Shown piece after piece: positions 23,289-56,642 of a stretch of DNA of 64,000 bases. Each line of letters starts with the position of its first letter. Positions within the stretch are counted from its first letter, which is position 1. The stretch comes from the human T2T-CHM13v2.0 reference genome, Homo sapiens. Under the pieces are notes generated by a model. It was not told the DNA's origin and made no database searches. It saw nothing but the letters and a program-made list of their open reading frames with translations. A program made the position numbers and the translations under genes. Where the stretch lies: the NCBI RefSeq assembly GCF_009914755.1, contig NC_060936.1, one strand, 5' to 3'.

Positions 23289-24019
23289 GTACCCTTGCAT
23301 GAGAAGGGGAAAAGAGGGTTGGTGGACAATGATTGGCAGATCCTCTCAGGACAAAGCTCCTTAAATAAAGCATTCCCAGAACAGAAGGAAGTCAGGAAGG
23401 TCCCAGTGGTCTCATGGTTGGCTTGGTCTGATGACTATCATGGTTGAGGAGGGGGACATATAGGCGGCCTGGGGCCAGGCTCTTCCCTGCCTTGTCCTCT
23501 GTGGGCCAGGGCACCTGAGCACTAGGAGGTATTACATACTTAGAGGCATGGACCCTTGAGAGGGTGTGCCCCTTGGTAGCATTGCAGGGCTGGTGTGAGA
23601 TGTCTGCTCAACTAAAGTGCAGTCTTCATCATTGTTTACCCTTTTGATAACAAAGGGCTTGTCCACAAACTATGTGTCTTAATGTGACAGGAGAAAGCAT
23701 GTAGGTGGGAAGAGGTAAGTCAGTGAGGATAAGTCTTTGCAGAGCCCTATGGGCCATTCCCTGAGGCTATATTTCTCTTGTTCAGGTGATAGGAGCTTTG
23801 TGGGAGTGGGATTTGTCAATTTCCTATAAGAATATTATTCTGAAGACCTGGAGGAGGAGGTAGCAGCAGCGGTGAAAAATGGGAATGACTTCTAATAGGT
23901 ACAGGGTTTCTTTTTGGGATGATGAAAATGTTCTAAATGTAGATTGTGATGATGATTGCACAACTCTGAATATACTAAAAATTATTGATTTGTACACTTT
24001 AAATGGCTGAATTTTATGA

Positions 24020-24772
<753 letters not shown>

Positions 24773-25008
24773 TGATTGAGTTTTAAAATTAAAATTAAAT
24801 AAAATCCAAAATTTAGTTTTTATTCCAGTGCATTAGCTATTGTTTAAGTGCTCAATAGCTACATGTGGCTAGTGGCTATCATATTGGGATGCACATTCTA
24901 GATCATTCTATTTTGTAGAAATTAGATGTGGTGAGACTTCTGTGACTGCATGATCTTAAAAATATAAGGAATAAGATTGTTGACCACCATTTCTTTTTTT
25001 GTATACAG

Positions 25009-25226
25009 TTTACAATATCATGAAGGAAGGGCTGTTGAATTGTAGCACAAACCTGAACCTGGTCACTGACTGCATGGAACATGCTCTGACATCGGTGCAT
25101 CCGCGAACTCGATATTCAGCTGGCTGGGATGCTAAATTTTTCTTCATCCCTCTATCTTATTTACCTACATCACTGGCAGACTACATTTTGACTAGATCTT
25201 GGCCCAAACCAGCCCAGGCAGTCTAA
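25009..25226 (+). CDS. HSD17B6: HSD17B6 coding exon 5 to stop codon
   Basis: ttttgtatacAG|TT TAC AAT...PKPAQAV TAA; 218 nt. Total CDS 313+259+164+218 = 954 nt = 317 aa + stop. Confidence 0.97.
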
Positions 25227-25646
25227 AGAAAACTGGGTTGGTGCTTCTTGGAATGAAGGCAAAAATCTGAAATTGTTAGTGTCTCAGTAATCCTGATTTA
25301 GAACCCAGGCTTTTTGTAACAATGTGTTTTCTTGCCTAAATTCATTTATCTGGCATCATCAGAGTACTAACATGTTTATATTTCAGATATCCAAAGCTTA
25401 CCACTTTAGGTGATGAATCTTTACTATTTTAGCCCTTTTTTGATGAGACTATTTGTCTAAAGTGAATCATTTGTTCTTGCCTTATTAAACAGAGTAGATG
25501 GAAAACAATTTAACCTATTTTGAAGTCATTTCTTTATGAATATGAATAATTGTTCTATGCTTTAATAATCTATTGTGAGGAAACTACTAAGAAATATGTT
25601 GGTGTGTTTGTCCTTACTTGAAATGGGTCTGTATTATGGTACTTTT

Positions 25647-25652
25647 AATAAA
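25647..25652 (+). terminator. HSD17B6: Probable HSD17B6 polyadenylation signal AATAAA
   Basis: First canonical AATAAA I find after the stop (~420 nt downstream), followed by a U-rich tract. Confidence 0.75.
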
Positions 25653-26341
25653 TATTTGATTTTTCTTTCTCTTCTCTTTTTGTCAGCAGTCTTTTTTCCC
25701 CAATATATTTCTTCCTTTTTTAAAAAGAAATTACTTTTTAAATTTTAAATCAAAATAATGTTATACATATATAGCTAAAAATTCAATTAATATTCAAAAG
25801 CTTAAAATGAAAAATGGCAATCCTTGCCCTTATCCTCATCCTTCATTGCTGCTCGTCAGAGGCAAATGGTCTCAACTTTTAGCTATTTCTTCTGGTATTT
25901 ATCTCTGAACTTCTAAATGATATACTGTTATTTTTTATTAATTTTAGCTATTCTCAATTGACTTTCTGTTATGGTGCAAATTTGGCTTTTTTTTACATCA
26001 CTTTCCTGCCCATTTCCTTTATCCTTATAGTTTGAATATAATTTTATCACATTTCTGGTTAAATGAATAGTGTTTATATAATTAAGTATGTGAATATTAT
26101 TAACTATTTAATCAAGTATTTTTCTTTTATAGTAACATTTTTTGTTTTTCTTGGAGTTAATTATTGCCTTGCTTTTTTGCTTGCAAAGGTTTTTATTTAC
26201 CTTAACCTTTTTTTGGTTGTTCTCTCAGATCTGTCACTACCAGTAGTGTTCTCTAAATAATTAAATAGATTATAGACTTATTCAGTCTATTTCAACCCCC
26301 CAACCCTCCTGTCCCTGGAGATTTCCCTCTCACTGCTTTCT

Positions 26342-28487
26342 TTTTTTTTTTTTTTCTAATTGATCATTCTTGGGTGTTTCTCGCAGATGGGGATTTGGCA
26401 GGGTCATAGGACAATAGTGGAGGGAAGGTCAGCAGATAAACAAGTGAACAAAGGTCTCTGGTTTTCCTAGGCAGAGGACCCTGCGGCCTTCTGCAGTGTT
26501 TGTGTCCCTGGGTACTTGAGATTAGGGAGTGGTGATGACTCTTAACGAGCATGCTGCCTTCAAGCATCTGTTTAACAAAGCACATCTTGCACCGCCCTTA
26601 ATCCATTTAACCCTGAGTGGACACAGCACATGTTTCAGAGAGCACAGGGTTGGGGGTAAGGTCATAGATCAACAGGATCCCAAGGCAGAAGAATTTTTCT
26701 TAGTACAGAACAAAATGAAAAGTCTCCCATGTCTACTTCTTTCTACACAGACACGGCAACCATCCGATTTCTCAATCTTTTCCCCACCTTGCCCCCTTTT
26801 CTATTCCACAAAACCGCCATCGTCATCATGGCCCGTTCTCAATGAGCTGTTGGGTACACCTCCCAGACGGGGTGGTGGCCGGGCAGAGGGGCTCCTCACT
26901 TCCCAGTAGGGGCGGCCGGGCAGAGGCGCCCCTCACCTCCCGGACGGGGCGGCCGGGCGGGGGGCTGACCCCCCCACCTCCCTCCTGGACGGGGCGGCTG
27001 GCCAGGCGGGGGCCTGAGCCCCCCACCTCCCTCCCGGACGGGGCGGCTGGCCGGGCAGGGGGCTGAGCCCCCCACCTCCCTCCCGGACGGGGCGGCTGGC
27101 CGGGCAGAGGGGCTCCTCACTTCCCAGTAGGGGCGGCTGGGCAGAGGTGCCCCTCACCTCCCGGATGGGGCAGCTGGCCGGGCGGGGAGCTGAGCCCCCC
27201 ACCTCCCTCCCGGATGGGGCGGCCAGCCGGGCGGGGGGCTGAACCCCCCCCCACCTCCCTCCCGGACAGGACGGCTGGCCGGGCGGGGGGCTGACCCCCC
27301 CACCTCCCTCCCGGACGGGGCGGCTGGACGGGCGGGGGGCTGAGCCCTCCTCCTCCCTCCCGGACGGGGCGGCTGGCCGGGCGGGGGGGGGCTGACCCCC
27401 CCCACCTCCCTCCCGGACGGGACGGCTGGCCGGGCGGGGGGCTGACCCCCCTCACCTCCCTCCCGGAGGGGACGGCTGGCCGGGCAGAGGGGCTCCTCAC
27501 TTCCCAGTAGGGGCGGCCGGGCAGAGGCACCCCTCACCTCCCGGACGGGGCGGCTGGCCGGGCGGAGGCGCCCCCCCCACCTCCCTCCCGGACGGGGCGG
27601 CAGGCCGGGCGGGGGCTGACCCCCCACCTCCCTCCTGGATGGGGTGGCTGCCGGGCGGAGATGCTCCTCACTTCCCAGACGGGGTGGCTGCTGGGCGGAG
27701 GGGCTCCTCACTTCTCAGACGGGGCGGCTGCCGGGCGGAGGGGCTCCTCACTTCTCAGACGGGGCGGCCGGGCAGAGACGCTCCTCACCTCCCAGACAGG
27801 GTCGCCGCCGGGCAGAGGTGCTCCTCACATCCCAGACGGGGTGGCGGGGCAGAGGTGCTCCCCACATCTCGGACGATGGGCGGCAGGGCAGAGACGCTCC
27901 TCACTTCCTAGATGGGATGGCGGCCGGGAAGAGGCGCACCTCACTTTCCAGACTGGGCAGCCAGGCAGAGGGGCTCCTCACATCCCAGACGATGGGCGGC
28001 CAGGCAGAGACGCTCCTCACTTCCCAGACGGGGTGGCGGCCAGGCAGAGGCTGCAATCTCGGCACTTTGGGAGGCCAAGGCAGGCGGCTGGGAGGTGGAG
28101 GTTGCAGCGAGCCGAGATCACGCCACTGCACTCCAGCCTGGGCATCATTGAGCACTGAGTGAACGAGACTCCGTCTGCAATCCCGGCACCTTGGGAGGCC
28201 GAGGCTGGCGGATCACTCGCGGTTAGGACCTGGAGACCAGCCCGGCCAACACAGCGAAACCCCATCTCCACCAAAAAAATATGAAAAGCAGTCAGGCGTG
28301 GCGGCGCCCGCCTGCAATCGCAGGCACTTGGCAGGCTGAGGCAGGAGAATCAGGCAGGGAGGTTGCAGTGAGCCAAGATGGCAGCAGTACAGTCCAGCTT
28401 CAGCTTGGCATCAGAGGGAGACCATGGAAAGAGAGGGAGAGGGAGACTGTGGGAAGGGAGAGGGAGAGGGAGAGGGAGAGGGAGAGG
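26342..28487 (-). mobile_element. Full-length SVA (SVA_C/D-like) ~0.7 kb downstream of HSD17B6
   Basis: Hexamer, Alu-like, VNTR, SINE-R and poly-A domains; perfect 14-bp TSD TCTCACTGCTTTCT (26328-26341, 28488-28501). Confidence 0.96.
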
Positions 28488-28693
28488 TCTCACTGCTTTC
28501 TCCTCCTGTTTCTGTGTGGGCTGGCTGTTCTCTGGTTCTGCTACTCAATTATTTTTCTAGGACTTCCCTACATCTCTTTCCTGCTGTCTGAAATCCTGCT
28601 TCCTGGAGCATATGGCCTCTTGGTTTTCTCCTTTATTTTAACAGAACTCATTCTTACTAGCTAAGTCTTTGCATGTTTAAAAAGGTCTCTGTT

Positions 28694-29334
<641 letters not shown>

Positions 29335-29769
29335 TTATAATAGATTAGCTGAGCATGGACTTCTAGGGTTGAAAATAATTTTCTTTCAGGATTTTAAAGA
29401 CATTGCTTCACTTTCTTATCGTATCCATTAAGAACCTTAATGCCATTCTGATTCTTGTTCCTTTGTTCCTTTTTGTCCCTATTCTATGGAAGGTTTTAGG
29501 CTCTATTTAGAAGATAAGTACATAAATGTTTATTTTATTTGGAATCTTTATCTTTTATTGCAGGTGTTCCAAAACTTCACAATGATGGACATAGGGGTAG
29601 CTCTTCTATTCAGTTATTGTACTGGGTACTTAGTACAAGTCATGATGTAGGAGAGAGATTGGAGAATTGCTAAAATGATGGCAAGGAGGTTGAGAGAGGA
29701 TTCAGTTTGGTGCATAAGTGGGAGAACGGGCTTCAAATAGCATGACTTAAGTAAGAGTTTGTTTTCTTA

Positions 29770-30436
<667 letters not shown>

Positions 30437-30552
30437 TCATCTCTGTCAGGATTAAACTCTATGTGCATCTTCTGGCCTTTTCTTCCAGCTTGTCACTTCA
30501 AGGTTGTAAGATGGTTGCTGCGGATCCAGACATCACTTTCAAGTGACACCAT

Positions 30553-30989
30553 ATAAGTCAACCTAAATAACAAAGGGAGGCTCTCTGAAAGAAAAAGACA
30601 TTTATTTGGGAATAGAGTATTGCAATGAGAATATACCCGTCATAGTAAACTACGTGCATATTCAGGGAGGTAAAGGAAGACAAAGGTTTTTAAAGAAAAG
30701 AGGGAAATTGCACAATTGTTTTAAAATAATTATATTTGGCTACAAAGATCAATAACAAGGATGATGTCAGTCCAGGTTGGACAGGCAGTTCTGGGGCAGA
30801 TGTTCTTGCAGTGTTTTTTATGGAAATTTCTGGTGGCTTCTGTGCAAGGATATGATTTTTCCAGAGTCTTTTTTGTGAGGCATACAAGCATAAAGAACCT
30901 TCTCTTCATGGCCTTCTATGGCTTGATTTGTCAGGGCTCTTCTTTCTTTAAACATTAGTGACTCCATTTTGATTCTGGCAACTTTCACA
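30553..30989 (-). mobile_element. ERV1 solo LTR (MER65-like)
   Basis: The - strand begins TGTGAAAGTTGCCAGAATCAAAATGGAGTCAC, resembling the recalled MER65 consensus. Confidence 0.6.
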
Positions 30990-31145
30990 CAAAAGAGAAT
31001 GATGGTATAAGGGAGAATGGTGGTGATGTCTGCATCTATCATCTTCTATGAGGAGAACAAAAGATTTCTCAGAAATCCCCACAGCAGACTTTCCCCTATA
31101 TGGGTGACCTCTATATGGGTTACTTTTGAGAGTGAAAGGAGGCAC

Positions 31146-36290
<5,145 letters not shown>

Positions 36291-36296
<6 letters not shown>

Positions 36297-37790
36297 GAAC
36301 AAAGCTGGAGGCATAACGCTACCTGACTTCAAATTATACTACAAGGCTACAGTAACCAAAACAGCATGGTACTGGCACCAAAACAGATATATAGACCAAT
36401 GGAACAGAACAGAGGCCTCAGAAATAACACCACACATCTACAACCATCTGATCTTTGACAAAGTGACAAAAACAAGCAATGGGGAAAGGATTCCCTATTT
36501 AATAAATGGTGCTGGGAAAACTGGCCATATGCATTTCTAGCCATACACAGAAAACTGAAACTGGACCCCTGCCTTACACCTTATACAAAAATTAACTCAA
36601 GATAAATAAAGACTTAAATGTAAAACCTAAAACCATAAAAACCCTAGAAGAAAACCTAGGCAACACCATTCAGGACATAGGCATGGGTAAAGACTTCATG
36701 ACTAAAACACCAAAAACAATTGCAACAAAAGCCAAAATTGACAAATGGGATCTAATTAAACTAAAGAGCTCCTGCTCAGCAAAAGAAACTATCATCAGAG
36801 TGAACAGGCAGCCTACAGAATGGGAGAAAATTTTTGCAAACTATCCATTTGACAAAGGTCTAATATCCAGAATCTACAAGGAACTTAAACAAATTTACTT
36901 AAACAAAAGAAAAAAAACTCAATCAAAAAGTGGGCAAAAGATATGAACAGACACTTCTCAAAAGAAGACATTTATGCGGCCAATAAACATATGAACAAAA
37001 CCTCATCATCACTGGTCATTAGAGAAATGCAAATCAAAACCACAATGAGATACCATCTCACACCATTTAGAATGGCGATCATTGAAAAGTCTGGAAACAG
37101 ATGCTGGAGAGGATGCAGAGAAATAGGAACGCTTTTACACTGTTGGTGGCAGTGTAAATTAGTTCAACTATTGTGGAAGTCAGTGTGGTGATTCCTCAAG
37201 GATCTAGAACCAGAAATACCATTTGACCCAGCAATCCCATTACTGGGTCCCAAAGGATTATAAATCATTCTACTATAAAGACATGCACACGTATGCTTAT
37301 TGCAGCACTATTTACAATAGTAAAGACTTGGAACAAACCCAAATGCCCACCAATGATAGACTGGATAAAGAAAATGTGACACATATATACCACGGAATAC
37401 TATGCAGCCATAAAAAAGAATTTCACGTCCTTTGCAGGGACATGGATGAAGCTGGAAACCATCATCCTCAGCAAACAAACACAGGAACAGAAAACCAAAC
37501 ACCATATGTTCTTATTCATAAGTGGGAGTTGAACGACGAGAGCTCATGGACACGGGGAAGGGAACATCATACACTGGGGCCTGTTGGGTGTGGGGGGCAA
37601 GGGAAGGGAGAGCATTAGGACAAATACCTAATTCATATGGGGCTTAAAACCTAGATGATATGTTGATAGATGCAGCGAACCACCATGGCACATGTATACC
37701 TATGTAACAAACCTGCACTTTCAGCACATGTATCCCAGAACTTAAAGTAAAAAACAAAACAACACAAAACAAAAAAACCCAAAAAAACTA
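36291..37790 (+). mobile_element. 5'-truncated L1PA (L1PA8-age-like): disrupted ORF2 C-terminus plus 3' UTR
   Basis: ORF fragments [28 protein letters not shown] and [16 protein letters not shown] match L1 ORF2p; primate-type 3' end. Confidence 0.92.
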
Positions 37791-38493
37791 CAGTAACAAC
37801 ATATAATTTAAAAAAAAGAAATAGAATTTGTATACATTTATTAGCAAAACAAATCTTCATAGAAAATTGGACAGACGAACAGAAAGTCAGAATGGCCAGT
37901 AAACATAAAAATATGCTAATTTTCACTAGTAGTCAGGTAAATGCAAAGTAAAACCACAGTGAGATACAATTTTACATTATTCATAGTGGCAAAAAAAAGT
38001 CAGCCAATACCATGAATAAAGCTCTAAACCAAAGTGCAGCTTAAACACTTCTGGGGCAAGTGTGAATTTGTACAACCACTTCTGTAAGCAATTCGGAAAA
38101 TATCTGTTAAACTTGAAACATGTTTGCCCTATGACCAAATAATTGCAATCTCAGATACAGGTGGTAGATGTACATGTACACAAGAAGACTTGTACATGAA
38201 TCTTCATTGCTCTATTTGAATCATAATAAACTGAAAACAATGTATATGCCCATTCATAGGAGAATGAGTAACTTGTAGTATGTTCATGCAACAGTTGGTC
38301 CTTTGGTCTGTTTACATCTAACTATTATCTATCCATCCTGTTCATCCATGTATCCTTTTTATATGATGGTTAACATGAATGAGGTTGATTTGCATTTATC
38401 AATGTGGGTAAAGTTAATAACATAATGAATGAAAAAGTAAGTTGCAGAACATGTGAATAGTGGTATGACATTTTGCTTAAAATGTTAAAATTT

Positions 38494-39335
<842 letters not shown>

Positions 39336-39573
39336 TATGGGTTAGATACATCAGTATAGGTGATAATCAATATTGTCTATAATATTTTGTATTCTTCAAA
39401 TATTTAATAATAAAAATAAAATGTCATGGTCTGTGTAATCTCTATAGGAACTACTTTACACACATATTACTATACCTTATATAAAACAGTAAAAAGCACT
39501 TGTTGAATTAAAAAATAAACTATATATTTTCAATAGGGACTAGTAATTTAAATCTGCTTTTCTATGTTCTCAT

Positions 39574-40190
39574 TGTTACCTAGCAAGAAATGGCTTGCTG
39601 CCTGATATGCATAAAAGCCAATACTATTGCACCAGCTTTTGAGAAAACAAAGCTTTATTGCAAATTGACTGGCCACAAGACAGGAGGCAATGTTCAAATT
39701 TGTCTTTCAAGCTGGAGTCTGAAGATGGTAATGAGGCATGATCTGATTGGATCTTGCAATGCAGTAATGCCAGGAGGCATGATCTGATTGGATCATGCCA
39801 TGGGATGATGCCAGGGTTCAATCTGATTGGATCATGGATCATGCCATGAAGTGTCCTCTTGCTTTTTTTTTCTTTTTTTGTTGAGATAGGGTCTTGCTGT
39901 GTTGCCTAGGTTGGTCTCAAATTCATGGCCTCAAGAAATCTTCACACCTCGGCCTCCCAAAGCACTGGCATTACAGGTGTGAGCTACTCTGCCTGGCCTG
40001 GTGTCGACTTCTTAATTCCATCCCCTTTCCTTGGTTCAGGCATTTAGATGCTGCCCATGGTTGCATTCTTGGTTCACCTGGGCACACTCAGTTTATATAA
40101 CTTGCAACCTGGGGTCAATAGCAATTGAAAAACAACACATTATTTTATTATACAAAGTGGAACCAGATTGCGCTAATTTTGAGGGTAATG
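39574..40190 (-). mobile_element. Probable ERV1-class LTR remnant (family not assigned) with internal GATCTGATTGGATC repeats and a nested half-Alu
   Basis: TGTTAC terminus, reverse poly-A signal (ctttattg) and three ATCTGATTGGATC repeats at 39741-39834. Confidence 0.5.
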
Positions 40191-40554
40191 GATATTGCTG
40201 GGAAGTTTCTTGTGGCCAAACACTGTTTTAAAGAATTTTTTTCAAGCTGATTATTAACAGGAAGACCTTTTAATCCTGCCAACTGATCTAAGTAAAGTGT
40301 AGAATGTTTGGAGGGCATCGGCATTACGAAAGACCTTAGTCCTTGGGAAGAAATGAATAAATGTGTCAATAAAATTTTAACCTAGATACAAGATCTTGTA
40401 CCTAGTAGTTATTCAATAAATATTTGCTGAATGAAGCAAACACAGAAAATATAAAATTATGTGAAGTGTAAAGTCTGTTTTTCTGATGCTTTGTGAGGGA
40501 GAGATTATTTTTAAAATGTATTTATTTATTTTTAACTTTTTAAAAATTAAACTT

Positions 40555-41594
40555 TTTTTCTTTTCTTTTTTTTGAGACAGGGTCTCATCTTGTCACCCAG
40601 ACTGGAGTGCAGTGGTGTAGTCTCAGCTCAGTGCTCACTGTAGCCTTGACCTCCCAGGTTCAAGCAATCCCCCTGCTTCAGCCCCCAAAGTTGTTGGAAC
40701 TACAGGCACACACCACCACACCCGGCAACTTTTTGTATTTTTTGTAGAGATGGGGTTTCACCATGTTACCTAGGCTGGCCCCAAATTCCTGGGCTCAAGC
40801 AATTAACTTGCCTGGACCTCCCAAAATGCTAGGATTACAGGCATGAGCTACCATGCCCAGCTTACTTTTAACTTTTATTTTAGTTCAGGCTGGGGTACAT
40901 GTGCAGGTTTGTTAATACAGGCAAACGCATGTCATGGGTGTTTGGTGTACAGACCATTTTGTTACCCAAGTACACTAAGCATAGTACCTGATAGCTATTT
41001 TTCCTGATTCTCTTTCTTCCTCCCTCCTGCGTCCCTCAAGCAGGCCCCAGTGTCTGTTATTCCCCTCTTTGTGCCCATGTGTTCTCATTATTTAGCTCCC
41101 ACTTATATGTGAGAACATGCAGTATTTGGTTTTCTGTTCCTGTGTTAGTTTGCTAGGGATAATGACTTCCAGCTTCATTCATGTTCCTGCAAAGGACATC
41201 ATCTCGTTCTTTTTTACAGCTGCATAGAATTTCATGGTGTATATGTACCACATTTTCTTTATCCAGTCCACCATTGATGGGTATTTAGGTGGAATCCATG
41301 TCTTTGCTATTGTGAGTAGTGCTGCAGTGAACATTAATGTGCATGTGTCTTTATGGTGGAATGATTTATATTCCTCTGGGTATATACCCAGTAATGAGAT
41401 TGCTGGGTTGAATGGTAGTTCTGAATTCAGTTCTTTGAGGAATTGCCTTACTGTTTTCCACGATGGTTGAGCTAATTTACATTCCAACCAGCAGTGTATA
41501 AGCATTCCTTTTTCTTGGCAACCTCGCCAGCATCTGGTATTTTTTGACTTTTTAATAATAGTCATTCTGACTGGTGTGAGATGGTATCTCATTG
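40555..41594 (-). mobile_element. AluJ-like element (40555-40861) and L1PA 3' fragment (40865-41594), cut off by the provirus
   Basis: ORF 41179-41694 contains L1 ORF2 C-terminal sequence (RYHLTPVRM...CWRGC...HCW). Confidence 0.88.
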
Positions 41595-48752
<7,158 letters not shown>

Positions 48753-48867
48753 GTTCTTGTTCTGGGAGTAGGAGAAAGACATTTGGGATAGATGATAGGG
48801 TGGGTGCTAGGGAGAGCACAACACAAAGCCTCTGTAATCATTTGAAGGCCAGGTTGATACTCTTAGT

Positions 48868-49747
48868 CGAATGGGAAAAGTTATCTTGTCCTCCTCACAG
48901 GGCGTGTGACAGGGGAGCTGCTCGCTTCTTCAATGCCCCACTGCTCAAACCTCTAGGGGAGCATACAGATGGGCAGAATGTGATGCTCCGACCCTATAGC
49001 AGCATCTAGGGGTGGATGGTTACAGTTCCTGAGCCCCAGAGGGCGTGTGCTAAGGGGTGCTCTTTTAGTTTTGCTGTCTATAGGTGGTTGTGTTAACCAG
49101 CTCAATTAGACCCTCTACCTTGTTGCAAGGACAGAGGGTTTTCTGTATCCTGGATTCTTGCCCTAGTGTATTGGAAGAATCAGATCACACCTGGGCTTGG
49201 AGAATGAGTGCAAGGTTTTATTGAGTGGAGGTAGCTCTCAGCAGATGGGGGAAGCCAGAAAGGGGATGGAGTGGGAAGATTTTCCCCTGGAGTCAGGCTA
49301 CTCAGCGGCCTGGGCTCTCCTTCAACTGCCCTGGCCAAATTCTGTGTCATTCTGCTTCTGCTGGTCAGTGGCCTGCTGGCATACCAGTGCCTGTTGGTGC
49401 GTTCTTCTTGACCTCCAGCTGCCCGTGTGTTCCTCTGCTGATATGCTCCATTTGACGTCCAGCTGCCCGTGTCTTCTTCCACCGATCTGCTCCTCTCAAC
49501 ATCCAGCAGCTTGTGTGTCTGCCTGCTAGGGTCTTGGGGGTTTTTATAGGCACAGAATAGGGGTGTGGCAGGCCAGGGGAGGTCTTGGGAAATGCAACAT
49601 TTGGGCAGGAAATGCCTGTCCTCACCTAGGTCCATGGGGGTAGAGCCCTAGCCAGGGACCATGCCCTCCTCTACCCAGCACTTCCCTTCCCCACTTCTGT
49701 ATTGTTTAAAGAGACCACCCTCTTCCCTTCCCAGCACTTCCATATTA
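48868..49747 (-). mobile_element. ERV1 solo LTR (LTR28/LTR1-like)
   Basis: The - strand begins TAATATGGAAGTGCTGGGAAGGGAAG, carries TATAAAAA (~49541-49548) and AATAAA (~49217-49222), and ends ...CTTTTCCCATTCG. Confidence 0.65.
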
Positions 49748-50231
49748 TTGCCACCTGCAGAGCTTCTTATTGCAACCAAAGCCTCTGTAATCATTTGAGG
49801 GCCAGGTTGATACTCACCACCTGCAGAGCTTCTTATTGCAGGAGTACCAAGTAAGTAGCTCTTGATGTCAGGCCTTTACTTCTTGTTAAAGGAAGTAAAG
49901 CCCCAGAATGGTTTTCAGGGTTTTTCTTGACTCGGACATTTTACCTCTGTGACAGCAGCAACTATCACTTCCCAAATGTGGGGCAGCAAGTCCGTAAGGA
50001 AGTCTGAAGTCCTGGCCCAGGGCACTTTCACCCACTGACTGTGGGACTATAAATTGATTCAACTCTGTTTGATTCAGTTTGTATACATCATTTGAAGTTG
50101 TAACATTAGAATATTTTTACATCCAGAAATTTAATTTTAAGACTTTATTCTATGGAAATAAAGTACAGACCCAACAAAGACTTAATTACAAGGAATGTTC
50201 CTGGCTGCATTAAAAAAATATAATAAGGAAC

Positions 50232-53988
<3,757 letters not shown>

Positions 53989-55282
53989 TCAGGGTGCTAC
54001 ATTAGAAGAGGAAGAAATGGAAGCTGGGCCGTCAAAAACCAAATGTCCACCATACCCATTATGTTTTCACCTGGCTTAGGACCTTCCTCTCTGTCACAGT
54101 CCTGCCATCATTTTGAGTGTCTTTGGTGCTCATGAAGACGATACAGTATCTTAGTTTCACCCTTGATCTCTCCAACTTTAGTGATCTTCATTTGTTTCAG
54201 GCAACCACACAGATCATAACCTCAATCTGGACTTTAAGCACTCAGAGCCACTCCTTCTCTGAAGTCTTAAGTTTCAGTACCTAATTACTGATTTCGTAGT
54301 CCTATCTTTCCAGGTCTCTCCCTTCTGTCCTCCCAAATCCTGTTGTTTGACCTCATGGAAACTGCAGGTCCCTTGACCATTGCTTCCATTTTCTTCAATC
54401 TGTCAACATGTTCCTGCCTTCATTTTCTTCCTAGGAGGAGGAAGAAGGGAGAGTGGCTTCTTCCTCTGTGTGTCCTCACGCTCACCATCCTTTGTTTCAG
54501 TTACTCACTTGCTAATACAATACTGAGCTTGCAGTCCAGCACTGAGCTTGTTGCAGCAGTTATGTCCCTAACCAGCTGTCTCCAATTTCCCCAAGTGTTA
54601 TTTTAAACACTCACTATTGTTTTCAATGCCCTGACACCACTGACTACTTGTCACACTGAGAGAAAATTGTGTCACATGAGAAATCCCTTCATTTCCTGTT
54701 TTCCCCACTGCCCAATATAATTTCTTCCCCTGCAGTTTTATGGCAGAAGTGTCCCTCTCCTATGGAGGGCAAATTCCTTCCCTTCTGTTCTGAATCCAAT
54801 CTCCAGCCCCCCACCCCCACCCTCATCCTCAGCTTCTCCTGTCCACTGGCTCGTCTGCCAAGCCTAGATACACATTTGCATCTCTCCACTGTCTTTAAAA
54901 GGCCCCTCTTGGTACCCTGGGACCTCTTTTAGATACTATCCTGTCTTGGTCTTCTTTTGAAATCAGATTCCTAAAAGAGTAGTTTACACTCTCCCCTCCA
55001 CTTTGTCACCCTCATGCCTTCCTCAATCCAATGCAATTCAGTCCTTTTCATTGCCAGCACTGAAACCGTGCTTGTAACTGGTGAATTGCAGAATTAGTGG
55101 ATGCTACTCAGCCTTTACTTCAGTTGAGGTTGCTATAGTGTCTGCCCCTTGATTACCATTCTTTTTTATATTTCTTCCCCATAACACCACGTTTTCCTAA
55201 GTCTCCTCTGAGGAGGTCCCCTTCCTTTGTGTGTCTCAGGCTTTCTCTACCTCACTCCAGCCCTGTTCTCAACACAGAATGA

Positions 55283-55588
<306 letters not shown>

Positions 55589-56641
55589 TAACTGCTTTAT
55601 CGCATGAGAAACTGAACTTCTATTTCTGTGCAATTCAATGTTATGAGGAAGAGTGATGCATTTTGTTACAGGAGATATAAGACCTTCAGTTCTGCCTGTG
55701 TGAGGACGCACTTTACTTTTCTGGTACTGTTACTTCTCATTAGGCATAGGAGTGATCATGAACAACAAAGTTTTTCTAAACTTAAATAGCCTTATTTTAA
55801 AAGCTGTTTCTAGATGCTTGTATCATGTGGGCAGCCTAAGTTATAAAGTTGAAAAGGCACAGGGAAAGCTAGGACAGGATGTACTGATTTTGAAAGCACA
55901 AGTTGCAGAGGTAAAGCTGGACGCATCCTCATCCGTCATTATTCAGTGTCTGGGTGTACATTTATAATAATGCCCCTATTTACTTCTGGCGGTGGGTCTC
56001 AAGACGGCTGCCCAAAGAGATTGTTCCTTGCACATAATAGTTGCTTACTAAATATTCATTGAATGAGAAAGCAGGGACAGGCACTTTAGATCTTTGCAGA
56101 CATAAAGAATTGCTCATTGAGATGTACTGCAGGTTTCTGGTGTGGGTGGAAGTGGTAATAAAATGGCAGTTTTATGTGGAACACGCAGGGCACCGAGGCA
56201 ACACGATGGCAAATAGCACTGTGAAAAACTTCTGATGTGATTGTATAACAAAGTTACTCAGAACTGAGTTCTTTTCAGCCTAGACCCAAGGAAATCTGAT
56301 GTCTCCTAAACCTTTCGTATATTCCTTTTTCTTTTCTTTTTCAAATTGGCATCCATTTAACACAACTGAGCTCCCATGAGCCAGGCACTGGGACCGCTGA
56401 GGTCAGGAGGCAAGCATCCCTGTCTTGGGAGGGCACATAGCTTAAACTGCAGCAAAAAACTACCTCCCATGTGGGACAACAGCAGCTGGTGCTGGGACAG
56501 TGGGGCTCAGAGAAAGAAGTCATTGCTCAGAGAGGGGAGGGAAAGGAAATAATTTGGGGAAGGTTTCTCAGAGAATGTACTAGGTGAGTAGGCCATGAAA
56601 GTAGAGCAGAAATTTGCTTCCAAATAAATCATGTGTGTGGT

Positions 56642-56642
<1 letters not shown>

